Below, piece by piece: positions 26,827 through 35,351 of a DNA stretch of 64,000 bases (its first letter is position 1; each line of letters begins with the position of its first letter). A program made the translations under genes and the position numbers. Below the pieces are notes generated by a model, which was not told the DNA's origin, did no database searches, and saw nothing but the letters and a program-made list of their open reading frames with translations. The stretch lies in contig CAZKAD010000003.1 in the NCBI GenBank assembly GCA_964550845.1, positions 447-64,446 on the forward strand, written 5' to 3'. This DNA is from an uncultured Gammaproteobacteria bacterium. Its GTDB lineage: Bacteria > Patescibacteriota > Patescibacteriia > Magasanikbacterales > UBA922.

Positions 26827-26911
26827 TCCAAAAATCTTATCTCTTTACTCGAAAGTTGTTTAATTAAGCTAAAAAATTGAATTTCATTTTCGAAGAAAAA
26901 AGAATATCAAA

Positions 26912-27265
26912 ATGGAGACAAAGGAAGAATATACTCTTGTGATTGTGACGGATGCCGATTGTTATGAAGGTCCGAATGCATATGTACTGAATGAGAAGGA
27001 TTTGACTGATGATGAACGGAAGATGCTTGATTATTGGGTGGAGCAAAATAAGAAGGGAATTCAATTGATTGACTATTGCCGGAGAACTCCATATGAAGAG
27101 CTTGAAGGTGAAGATAAGATGTATGTAATGTCTGCCGAATTGATTACTGGTTGGGATCGACAAAAAAGTGGTGGTCCTCAAGAGCATCCAAAAAGTCAAC
27201 GCGTTAAAAATATGACTCCATATTTGGGTAAGTTGAAACGATTGATTCGATTCTTCAATTGGTAA
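26912..27265 (+). CDS. Hypothetical protein
   Basis: 117-aa ORF. Confidence 0.45.
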   Translation: METKEEYTLVIVTDADCYEGPNAYVLNEKDLTDDERKMLDYWVEQNKKGIQLIDYCRRTPYEELEGEDKMYVMSAELITGWDRQKSGGPQEHPKSQRVKNMTPYLGKLKRLIRFFNW

Positions 27266-27350
27266 ATTTGTGAGTTGGAAAAATGATTTTAATCTCCTTG
27301 GAGATTAAAAGATTCATCGAAATCGACTGATTAAAAGATTCGTCGAAAGG

Positions 27351-27857
27351 ATGTCAAAATTCTACACTGATGAACTCAGACATAAGCCGTTGGCTGAAAT
27401 CAGAGAAATTGTACGTCAGAGAAGTATGAATAATATTTTCAAGCAACTCGAAGATAAACTACTTAAATTTGAACACGATTTTCTCGATAGAAAACTTGAT
27501 GATCAAACTTATCGGTTTGATATTTCATTCGATTTTTCTGTCAATTCTCTTCAACTTGCCCGGGATGTATGTAAGCAAATACGTGCTTGGGCCAAGCAAA
27601 AAGATATTGCTATCGGGAAAATTCCAACGACCACAACTCCGCGTAAAATAAGTGTCGATTTTCAATGGAAGCTTGTTCAAAGACCAACGGGATTTTTCGT
27701 CTTGAAAAATCTCACTCTGCTTGGTCTTTCAAGTGAACAAGAGCAAAGTGTATGGACAAAATTTTTGACCCAAGAACTATATGATCCAAGACTGCTTGGA
27801 TTGATCTATTCATTTTTACATTCCACCAAAACTTCAACGTCTCAAAAAACCAATTAA
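27351..27857 (+). CDS. Member of the 'FLTxDLYDPRLL' family (F-box-like motif at the C-terminus)
   Basis: C-terminus ...LTLLGLSSEQEQSVWTKFLTQELYDPRLLGLIYSFLHS... Confidence 0.65.
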   Translation: MSKFYTDELRHKPLAEIREIVRQRSMNNIFKQLEDKLLKFEHDFLDRKLDDQTYRFDISFDFSVNSLQLARDVCKQIRAWAKQKDIAIGKIPTTTTPRKISVDFQWKLVQRPTGFFVLKNLTLLGLSSEQEQSVWTKFLTQELYDPRLLGLIYSFLHSTKTSTSQKTN

Positions 27858-27858
27858 A

Positions 27859-27880
27859 TTAACTCCTTTCGAGGAGTTAA
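27859..27880. terminator. Perfect hairpin TTAACTCCtttcgaGGAGTTAA 1 nt after the stop of 27351..27857, between convergent genes
   Basis: Direct reading. The same TCCTTTCGAGGA core follows the Pol X stop at 50779..50790. Confidence 0.65.
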
Positions 27881-28027
27881 TGTCCATTTTTTCAATCCGA
27901 AAAACAGAAAAAATCGAAAATAACAAGCTTATTTGCACCTTCGAGAAGATGTAAATATGTGTCGTTTTTTGTGATTTTTCTGTTTACTGGGTAGGAAGTC
28001 AACAGAAGTAAAATCGTTCATTTCCAA

Positions 28028-28615
28028 TTAATCTTCACACGAATTGCATTCGTCGTCCGAATGTTCTTCCTCGGAACGTTTAACCAGTTCTTCGTCAGAA
28101 CGTTTAACCGCAACTGGATAGCCTCGGTTCGCTTCTCGATTTGCATCACTTACCTTGTCTGGGTAACCTTGATCGGCAATTTGTTTGACAAAAGTAACCG
28201 AAATAACCCTTCCTTGACTTTTTTCGCGAAATTGTTCAAGTTGATCGAAAATTTCTTGAGTCAAAGTAAGTTTCGCAAAGCGAGGATAATAGTGAACTAC
28301 AGTATCATCACGAAATTCAGTTAAATATTCGTAAATTTGATCGGCGCCAACATCAACAATATCCGCACAAAATGGAACCAGAAGATCAATCGGGAAAGAA
28401 GGAATTTTGCCAACTTCCAAGTCCCCTTCATCCAAAATGTCGAATAGTTCGTTTAAAATCACCTTATACATTTCAATCATGAACTTTGGTTTATCCACAA
28501 ACGAAGGAAGGGAATCCTTCGAATGATACTCGACGAGAATTCGTCGGAGGTAATCACTCAACAGAGGAAATTCTTCGACGAGAATTGTTTCATTTTTCTT
28601 TTCTTGAGTAGACAT
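28028..28615 (-). CDS. Hypothetical acidic protein; the C-terminus is encoded by terminator-type hairpin repeats
   Basis: Start moved to the internal Met (MSTQEKK...) to remove overlap with the kinase gene. The final codons, (E)LVKRS[DE]EE x2, are encoded by GTTCttcctcgGAACGTTTAACC and GTTCttcgtcaGAACGTTTAACC at 28064..28109. Confidence 0.55.
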   Translation of the reverse strand: MSTQEKKNETILVEEFPLLSDYLRRILVEYHSKDSLPSFVDKPKFMIEMYKVILNELFDILDEGDLEVGKIPSFPIDLLVPFCADIVDVGADQIYEYLTEFRDDTVVHYYPRFAKLTLTQEIFDQLEQFREKSQGRVISVTFVKQIADQGYPDKVSDANREANRGYPVAVKRSDEELVKRSEEEHSDDECNSCED

Positions 28616-28670
28616 TTCTCGAGGATAAAGAATAATTATATTAATTTGTACATTAATATCTAAGAAAGAA

Positions 28671-29510
28671 TCAATTTTCGAAATTAAAATAAGCTGACGA
28701 ATATATTTGTTCAATTGATGGTCTTTTATCAGGGTCTTTATTCAACATCAAAGTAATCGATTCTTTTGCTTGGTCCGAAAAATGTTTCGGAAATGAAATT
28801 TCAGCATTAATAATTTGTCTGAGAGTGTCTGGTTGTTCCTCCATTTCAAATGGAGGAAAGCCGGCTAAGCATTCATAAAGCAAAATTCCAATTTGCCAAA
28901 CATCGACCTTTTTAGTGTCATACAAATTAAGCTGATATTCTTCTCCGTCTTTCAGGTCAGAATTCTGATAAAGAATACCTTTTGCCATTTCGGGACTCAG
29001 ATAATCGAGAGTTCCTCGAAGCTTTCCATACATTAATTTTTTCGTACTATGCCCCCAATCCGCAAGCTTGTAAGTAATCCTATTCTCAAAACTTACACTA
29101 ATGATATTTTCCGGTTTAATATCGAGATGGGCAATATTTTTTTGATGTGCAGATAAGAGACCCGCAAGTACATCTCGAATTATTTGTTTGGTCAACGTTT
29201 CATCAAATCGTTCTTGTTCTACGAGTAATTTGTATAAACTACTAAAACCAAGTTCAAAACCTATACACGGACGTTCTCCATTCAAATCAAAGCCAAAATA
29301 CGCTTGAATAATATTCGGATGTCTTGGTAAGGAAAGATTAATTTTAATTTCATTCTGAATTACGCTTCTTTCATATGCATTTTCTATTTTACAATTGAAG
29401 ACTTTCAAAGCGCAATATTTTCTATCTTCTTTTCTTCGAGCCAAATAAACAGATGCATATTTGCCTGATCCAAGAGGCTTTCCAATTTCAAAATCTCGAA
29501 GCGTATTCAT
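28671..29510 (-). CDS. Serine/threonine protein kinase
   Basis: Motifs LGSGKYASVYLARRK (Gly loop), ALKVF (VAIK Lys), HLDIKPENI (catalytic loop), DWG (DFG variant), SPE and DVWQIGILLYECLAGFPPF. TCAATTTT (the reverse complement of AAAATTGA) lies 32 nt upstream at 29542..29549. Confidence 0.85.
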   Translation of the reverse strand: MNTLRDFEIGKPLGSGKYASVYLARRKEDRKYCALKVFNCKIENAYERSVIQNEIKINLSLPRHPNIIQAYFGFDLNGERPCIGFELGFSSLYKLLVEQERFDETLTKQIIRDVLAGLLSAHQKNIAHLDIKPENIISVSFENRITYKLADWGHSTKKLMYGKLRGTLDYLSPEMAKGILYQNSDLKDGEEYQLNLYDTKKVDVWQIGILLYECLAGFPPFEMEEQPDTLRQIINAEISFPKHFSDQAKESITLMLNKDPDKRPSIEQIYSSAYFNFEN

Positions 29511-29598
29511 CTTGTTATATCAATCGCGCAGACAAAACAGATCAATTTTTAAAATAAATTTCTTTTTATTCAATTTAAACTGGTAAACTTTTAAACTT

Positions 29599-29979
29599 AT
29601 GCCCTTATTCGATTTTGACAGCGATTTGATCGAATTGATCGCAACTGGTCTCGCCTTGCTACTGACCATTGTCGCTTTGATTCGGGGGAACACGTCTGGT
29701 TCAAAGGGTCTAATTATTGCTGCAATTGTTCCTCTAATGATCGGAGCTGGAGTAATGGCCCAAGAAGTAAAGAATGAAGATGAGTTTATCCTTACCCATC
29801 GACGGTTTGTACGCGAGCTTCCCGAGTATGAAATTCCAACTCGATACGGTCCAGCTCGTCAACCAGAGTTTGAAAGCTTACCTGAATATACCCAACCGAT
29901 TGGAGTAGTTCGAAAGAAACGAGATTTCGGCGAGTTTGATATGTCAAAATATTTCGACGACGAAAATGGGAAAGAATAA
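29599..29979 (+). CDS. Small membrane protein (hypothetical)
   Basis: N-terminal TM stretches (LIELIATGLALLLTIVALI; LIIAAIVPLMIGAGVMA). Confidence 0.45.
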   Translation: MPLFDFDSDLIELIATGLALLLTIVALIRGNTSGSKGLIIAAIVPLMIGAGVMAQEVKNEDEFILTHRRFVRELPEYEIPTRYGPARQPEFESLPEYTQPIGVVRKKRDFGEFDMSKYFDDENGKE

Positions 29980-30047
29980 AAATGTTATCCACTCTCCGAA
30001 GAGAGTAGATAAGGAAATGAGCATGTCTTTTTGACTCTCTGAAGTGG

Positions 30048-30716
30048 TTAAATTTGCAACAAAATAATTCCGCCATTAATGAGAGATAAAATATGAGCCA
30101 CATTCACAAAATGGATCATTTCGATTTTGTGAATAGCCAAAGCGAAATTCCAAAGATAAAAAGCGAGCATAGCTAATCGTCTTGATTTTTGCATAGGTAA
30201 CTTGGGAACGATAAATGCTCGTCCTACTGCCAATCCAGCAAGCAAATAAGTTGTCATAAAGACTCGCTGAAGTCCTTCAACTTCAATTACATCAAATGAT
30301 GCCAAAATGACAAAAAAGATCATCATTCCAAAAATAATTACATCGAAAGTCATCTTGAGGAAAATTAAACCACCCACTAAATATGCCTGCCATCGATTTC
30401 CTTCAACATCAACGTCTGGTTGACGACAAAGTGGGCAGTTTTTTAAAGAAGGCTGACATTCTCTGCAAACTTTGGGATTGCATTCAGCAGTACATTTCTC
30501 ATCTCGAGAAAATTTAATTAATGCCGAGTCAAGTGGAACTCCGCAATTTCCTTTCAAACAGACAAGACACACATTTTCATCTTCGAGCTGAGAAGATTGA
30601 TTAACATCAATCTTCATTTCATTGTTTTTTTGATCGCTCAATATTTGAGGAGGTACTTCCTCGGAATTGGATGCAAAATTTTCGCTTCTTTCAACGGTGG
30701 CCAAAAGAGTTTCCAT
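30048..30716 (-). CDS. Membrane-anchored RING-like (C4C4-type) zinc-finger protein with MARCH/viral K3-like topology; candidate E3 ubiquitin ligase
   Basis: CLVCLKGNCG...CTAECNPKVCRECQPSLKNCPLC (9 Cys, no His) followed by 3-4 hydrophobic helices (LVGGLIFLKMTFDVIIFGMMIFFVILASF; LLAGLAVGRAFIV; LAMLAFYLWNFALAI; ILSLINGGIILL). Confidence 0.45.
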   Translation of the reverse strand: METLLATVERSENFASNSEEVPPQILSDQKNNEMKIDVNQSSQLEDENVCLVCLKGNCGVPLDSALIKFSRDEKCTAECNPKVCRECQPSLKNCPLCRQPDVDVEGNRWQAYLVGGLIFLKMTFDVIIFGMMIFFVILASFDVIEVEGLQRVFMTTYLLAGLAVGRAFIVPKLPMQKSRRLAMLAFYLWNFALAIHKIEMIHFVNVAHILSLINGGIILLQI

Positions 30717-30781
30717 TTTCTCTTTTTCGAAAATAGATGAAAAAGAAAATCATTTTTGTTCATAGTTACACAGTGAATATT

Positions 30782-31345
30782 TTAAGGTGCAGGCGAAACT
30801 GCAAAATAAGATCCAGTTGCAAAGTTTCCCTCAGAGAGGAAGAATTGAATTGATGATACCGCGTTTGTGCTCCGGAACAAGCCTTGCATTGTTCCGGATC
30901 TTGCTTCGCTACCAGTTGTCACATGGTTACCAGCCGCAGTAATATTTTTAAACCAAGTAGTATTTTTACAATTTGGAATAATTATACTGGCATTACCGGA
31001 AATTCCAGCCGCAGCTCCATTAGCCGGAAAAGCGTCAAGTGAAAAAGAATTTTGATTGTAAGCGGCAACAACCGCGGTTGTATCATTGACTCCATATGAG
31101 GAAACTTGGTCATAAATGGTTCCCGTATTATTATTTAATCTCATGAACACATTAGCTTTTCCATCACTAGCAGTAAGTCGAGTATTGATATTAACTTGAA
31201 ATGACCCTCCAGCTGGAAGATTATTTAGGTTGACAGATGAGGTTGCAGCCGTTAACACCACACTTGTAACTGGGAGTACCGAGGCAATCAAATTTGTGCT
31301 TGGAATTTGATTCCTCAAATCTGCGCTTTGCGAAATTCTTGACAT
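30782..31345 (-). CDS. Fibre-family protein (shared C-terminal domain, no collagen repeats)
   Basis: The C-terminus ...QFFLSEGNFATGSYFAVSPAP shares the GNFATGS motif and the preceding beta-rich domain with the collagen-like ORFs. Confidence 0.6.
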   Translation of the reverse strand: MSRISQSADLRNQIPSTNLIASVLPVTSVVLTAATSSVNLNNLPAGGSFQVNINTRLTASDGKANVFMRLNNNTGTIYDQVSSYGVNDTTAVVAAYNQNSFSLDAFPANGAAAGISGNASIIIPNCKNTTWFKNITAAGNHVTTGSEARSGTMQGLFRSTNAVSSIQFFLSEGNFATGSYFAVSPAP

Positions 31346-31359
31346 CGGGGAGAAAGCTC

Positions 31360-31382
31360 GATTACTCTTTTTTGGAGTAATC
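31360..31382. terminator. Hairpin GATTACTCttttttgGAGTAATC downstream of 31408..32010
   Basis: 8-bp perfect inverted repeat 26 nt after the stop (minus strand). Confidence 0.5.
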
Positions 31383-31407
31383 GAAATTATTTTTATTCTT
31401 TTTCTTT

Positions 31408-32010
31408 TTACATCGGCACTACAGTGAAAACCGAACCAGTGGCAAAGTCTCCGTCGGATGAGGACAAAGTTACTGAGCTAATTGCACCAGTGCTTCGGAA
31501 GGTCAATTGAGACACTGCTACACGTCCGTCAGTTCCAGATGAGGCATGCGAGCACATCACGTGAATTGGTTTGAACCAATTAGTATTCACTCCAGCAATC
31601 AAGATCTGGGCTTGTCCAGCATTTCCGGTAGCAGATGCATTAGCAGGGAAAACACCAATGGTACCACTGGTTTGGGCATAAGCAATTGAACCGGTTGTTG
31701 TTGATCCGGTGTTTGAAACTGCAATACCATCATAGTTGGCTCCGGTATTGCTATTGCATCGGATAAAAACAGTTCCAATTCCAGTTGCTCCCAACAAGCG
31801 AGACATAACTGAAATTCTCAAATTTGCTGCCAGAGGCAAGGGTGACAAAGTCACTGATGATGTGGAGGCAGCCAAAGCGATTTGTACCGGAGGAACAAAT
31901 CCAACCGTCTGAAGGCCAGGGACGGTATTCAATAGAGCGGGATTTTGAGTGAGTCGCGAAGCCATTGAAGATGAAGTTTCTTTCAGAATCAAATGAAAAA
32001 ATTTTTTCAA
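31408..32010 (-). CDS. Fibre-family protein (shared C-terminal domain, no collagen repeats)
   Basis: C-terminus ...VTLSSSDGDFATGSVFTVVPM. Paralog of 30782..31345. Confidence 0.6.
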   Translation of the reverse strand: MKKFFHLILKETSSSMASRLTQNPALLNTVPGLQTVGFVPPVQIALAASTSSVTLSPLPLAANLRISVMSRLLGATGIGTVFIRCNSNTGANYDGIAVSNTGSTTTGSIAYAQTSGTIGVFPANASATGNAGQAQILIAGVNTNWFKPIHVMCSHASSGTDGRVAVSQLTFRSTGAISSVTLSSSDGDFATGSVFTVVPM

Positions 32011-32014
32011 AAAT

Positions 32015-32602
32015 TTACTTCTTTTCTTTCTCAGGGATCGCGATCATTACATCATTTTCGCAATATCCCGGAAGGAAAGAAAATGAGTAAGTTGTATTCA
32101 GCTCGGTAAGAGATTTTCGAATTTCGGACAAAAAATCAATCTTTCCATAAGACTGTTCTCCCCATGGATACATATTCTTCAGAATTCGGACGTCATCAAT
32201 ACAAATAATATGATCTTTTCGAGGCAAACATTTGAGTGCTTTTAATTCATGAAGCAGAGGACAAAGATTTCGATGGCCCTGGATCTGACTGTTGTCAACG
32301 TGAGCATCGAAGAAAAATAAAGTTCTTTGATTGAAATCTGGATTACCTTCAAGGACTTCGGCAATATCATTACTATCCATTTGCAAGAGAGTTAATCGAT
32401 GAATTGAAAGATCTCGGGCGAAAGCTTGTTTTCCAAGGTCCACCCAATCTTTGCGAAGTTCGACTGAGTACAACTTGCGAAAATCACATTGAATCGCTTT
32501 GCGCAAACTTACGTTGCGACGAGGGTCATACAGCCCTGTTTCGAAATAATTTACAATTTGATGTTTGGCTCGGATTTGTTCAAGATCAAATTCAATCGGC
32601 AT
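32015..32602 (-). CDS. Hypothetical protein
   Basis: 195-aa ORF with only a 4-nt gap to the upstream gene. No recognisable motif. Confidence 0.6.
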   Translation of the reverse strand: MPIEFDLEQIRAKHQIVNYFETGLYDPRRNVSLRKAIQCDFRKLYSVELRKDWVDLGKQAFARDLSIHRLTLLQMDSNDIAEVLEGNPDFNQRTLFFFDAHVDNSQIQGHRNLCPLLHELKALKCLPRKDHIICIDDVRILKNMYPWGEQSYGKIDFLSEIRKSLTELNTTYSFSFLPGYCENDVMIAIPEKEKK

Positions 32603-32644
32603 CTTTTCTTTTCAAAGAAAAGGTTTAACTATCTCAAAAGACTT

Positions 32645-33511
32645 TTATTCATCTCTCACAACTGAAAGAAAATTTAGATGATCAACTACGCAGGCAGCAG
32701 CATTGAAATGTCCTCCGCCTCCAAATTGCTTAGCAATTGCCGAACAATCGACTTTGTCCTTTCCGCGAAAACTGACTGAATATCGCCCATTAAAAGTTTT
32801 CGAATAAAGTACGACAAAATCAATATTATATTGTCTATTCAGAAAGTCTCCAAGGTCACTTCGAAAAGCAGCTTCACATTCTCCAACCAAAACGTTATAT
32901 ATTTTTTGATCGAACGTCAAAGTTGCTCGAACAAACTTTTTAGCCAGTTCTTCCAGCACAAGTTGTTGTCGTCGAAGCAATTCTTTTCCATCTCGAATAA
33001 ATTTATCCAAATTCCAATATTGATGAAGAATTTGGATGTCGACTGGAGTTGGACTTGAAGCAAGAATAACCGCGTTGATCGCCTTTGATTCGTGAAGTTG
33101 AAATTTCCATAGATCTCGATCTCCGATATAATCAATAATTTCGGGTCTTTTCTTTCCAGGGAAGAAATAATCCCAAGTTAATTGAGCTCCACTTCGATCG
33201 AGATCGAAAATAAAATTAGTTTTTGTTTTAATCAATTCTGATTCGTTAGCTGTCTTATGATGATCAATTACAGTTACTTTTTTGGCTCGACAAATTAATT
33301 CTTCCATTACTTTTGGTTCAAAAGTGAGATCGAGAAATAAAATTCTCTGACCATCGACAAAAGAAGGACAATCTTTTGTATTGTAGGGAAAGCCGAGAAT
33401 TTCAACTTTGACTTTATTTTCGTCTGCCCACTTTTGAGCGATCCATCCGGATGCAGCTCCATCATAACAAGGCGAATGATAAAGAATATAATCAAACTCT
33501 TCAATAGTCAT
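32645..33511 (-). CDS. DHH-family phosphoesterase (NrnA/RecJ-like, with a DHHA1 domain)
   Basis: Motif I ILYHSPCYDGAAS, motif III VIDHHK and the DHHA1 motif FGGGGHFNAAA. Confidence 0.7.
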   Translation of the reverse strand: MTIEEFDYILYHSPCYDGAASGWIAQKWADENKVKVEILGFPYNTKDCPSFVDGQRILFLDLTFEPKVMEELICRAKKVTVIDHHKTANESELIKTKTNFIFDLDRSGAQLTWDYFFPGKKRPEIIDYIGDRDLWKFQLHESKAINAVILASSPTPVDIQILHQYWNLDKFIRDGKELLRRQQLVLEELAKKFVRATLTFDQKIYNVLVGECEAAFRSDLGDFLNRQYNIDFVVLYSKTFNGRYSVSFRGKDKVDCSAIAKQFGGGGHFNAAACVVDHLNFLSVVRDE

Positions 33512-33532
33512 TCTTTTTCTGTAAAGAAAAAG

Positions 33533-33595
33533 AAACGTTTAACCAATCCCTCAGGACATTTAGCCACTTCAAAGAGTCCTTCGGGACGTTTAACC
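33533..33595. promoter_or_regulatory. Two copies of the conserved intergenic palindromic element in reverse orientation (GTTTAACCAATCCctcAGGAC...; AGTCCttcgGGACGTTTAACC)
   Basis: Direct reading. Located between the stop of 33601..34827 and the start of 32645..33511 (tandem, minus strand). Confidence 0.6.
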
Positions 33596-33600
33596 AATTC

Positions 33601-34827
33601 TTATTGAGCCGGAGCCGAAAGATCTCCTTCTTCCTTCTTTTTCAGGATCGATTGATCAAGAATAACTTTATCCGGTTTGACATCATCGAGATCGGTACGC
33701 CCTTCCTTAGCCTTAATCACCAATTCTCTTGCAGTCGCTCGGGCATCAACATCATCTTCGTTGAAGAATTTCAAATCGGAACTAACTTGAATTTCTGGGA
33801 GACGATCTGGAACAATTGCAAGATCAAATGGATCTCTGCCGACCAAAAAGCGAAGAATGTTATTTTTCTCATCTGGCACTCCTGCTTCTCGACAGGCGTG
33901 ACGATATCGATCAGCTGCCTCTTTCTCAAGAGCAGGATTCTTTGCATCCATGGTTTGAATCAATCCAATAGTTGCCATCAAAGTATCCTTCAAACGTTTC
34001 ATATTCTTCAAACTCTCATAAATGGCGAAGAACAAATTGGCTCTCTTGACACGAAGAGTAATATATTGTTCGTTTTCATCTACTTCTCCACGAATAGCAG
34101 CATCTTCCTTCTTCTTCAAATTTTCAGCTCGAGCCCGAGCATCTTCAATCTCCTTCTTCTCATGCTCTCGACGCTTTTTCATATCATCACTCATCTCTTT
34201 CTGAAGCTCTTGTTTGAGACCAACCGAGTTTACCTCGAGAACAAAATCGTCGTTATCGTCATCAACCAGAGGAAGAGGATAACCAACTTGACCCATATGA
34301 ATATGATGATAGGAGTCACATTTGTTAATAATTTCAGTTGCGTGAGCTTCGAGATCGGTTTCGTTTGAGAAATTACCTCGATTTTTCAGAATACCATACA
34401 AACCTTTTGAATTCGGTTTCGCTCCTGGAGCGGGAATAAAAGAAAAAGCACAATAATTTTGTCCGTGAGGAATGACACTATCGGCAAATCGAGTTTCAAT
34501 TCGAGGATATTTTGTCACAACCTTTTTGTAAGCCTCTTGAAGTTCGAGGTCAGTCATGCGAATAAACTTTGAGTCAACAGCATTCTCTCTCGGCTTTCTC
34601 GTAGGTTGTTCGGTCAAAAATAGAGTTTCATCTGTATCAGTCAATCGATATCCCTGTTTCTCAAGATGATTGAGCAAACTTGGGACATTGATCCAATTGC
34701 GAGGATTCGATTCCACTGGTTTCGGAGGATCCTGAGTCTTGGTCTCTTGGACCGGAGCTCGCGTCTCCTTCGGATCCGTTTCTTGCTTCGAATCTTGCTT
34801 TGGTTGTTTGACTCTCTTCTTTGGCAT
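33601..34827 (-). CDS. Hypothetical protein with a basic N-terminus and a charged coiled-coil segment
   Basis: 408-aa ORF with a segment EMSDDMKKRREHEKKEIEDARARAENLKKKEDAAIRGE. Confidence 0.65.
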   Translation of the reverse strand: MPKKRVKQPKQDSKQETDPKETRAPVQETKTQDPPKPVESNPRNWINVPSLLNHLEKQGYRLTDTDETLFLTEQPTRKPRENAVDSKFIRMTDLELQEAYKKVVTKYPRIETRFADSVIPHGQNYCAFSFIPAPGAKPNSKGLYGILKNRGNFSNETDLEAHATEIINKCDSYHHIHMGQVGYPLPLVDDDNDDFVLEVNSVGLKQELQKEMSDDMKKRREHEKKEIEDARARAENLKKKEDAAIRGEVDENEQYITLRVKRANLFFAIYESLKNMKRLKDTLMATIGLIQTMDAKNPALEKEAADRYRHACREAGVPDEKNNILRFLVGRDPFDLAIVPDRLPEIQVSSDLKFFNEDDVDARATARELVIKAKEGRTDLDDVKPDKVILDQSILKKKEEGDLSAPAQ

Positions 34828-35018
34828 CTTTCTCGTTTAAAATCTTCTTTAAGTTTGCCATTTCGATTAAAATTCGATCAATTTTCTCTTCGGCTGTTGG
34901 TTCTCGTCCATAGTAAATGTAGCGTCCGAGATAATAAAGTCCGGTTATTGAACCTATTAAGATATCTTTTCCGAGTTGAAAAAGAAAGGAAGCCATCCTT
35001 TCTTTAAGGAAAAATATT

Positions 35019-35351
35019 TTATCTTTTTCCGAGAAGTTCGAAGATAAAACTAATCAATTCAAAGTTATCAACGTAATTTTTATGAATCGAATAGCAAATC
35101 TGATTTTGAGATGAAATAGTTAATTGCTCACCATCTTCAGAGGGAAATCGTTCAACAATCCAAAGACTGTAATTCTCATCATTCAGCAATTTTTTAATCA
35201 ACTGAATCTCCTTTTCATCTTCTGAACCGGGTATTGGACGCATTATTGTTTCAGCCATCAATAAGGAGTGCCAAAATTTTTTATCTTTGTTAGAGTATAA
35301 TGCTGATCTTTTGAATTCGTAGCGAAACTTTATAGGATCCATTTTATTCAT
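35019..35351 (-). CDS. Hypothetical small protein
   Basis: 110-aa ORF whose start overlaps the stop of the upstream gene (ATGA-type 4-nt overlap at 35348..35351). Confidence 0.5.
   Translation of the reverse strand: MNKMDPIKFRYEFKRSALYSNKDKKFWHSLLMAETIMRPIPGSEDEKEIQLIKKLLNDENYSLWIVERFPSEDGEQLTISSQNQICYSIHKNYVDNFELISFIFELLGKR

Noticed and set aside
28061-28324. Plus-strand ORF 28061..28324
   Set aside because: Antisense to the C-terminal coding region of 28028..28615, and generated by the hairpin repeats.
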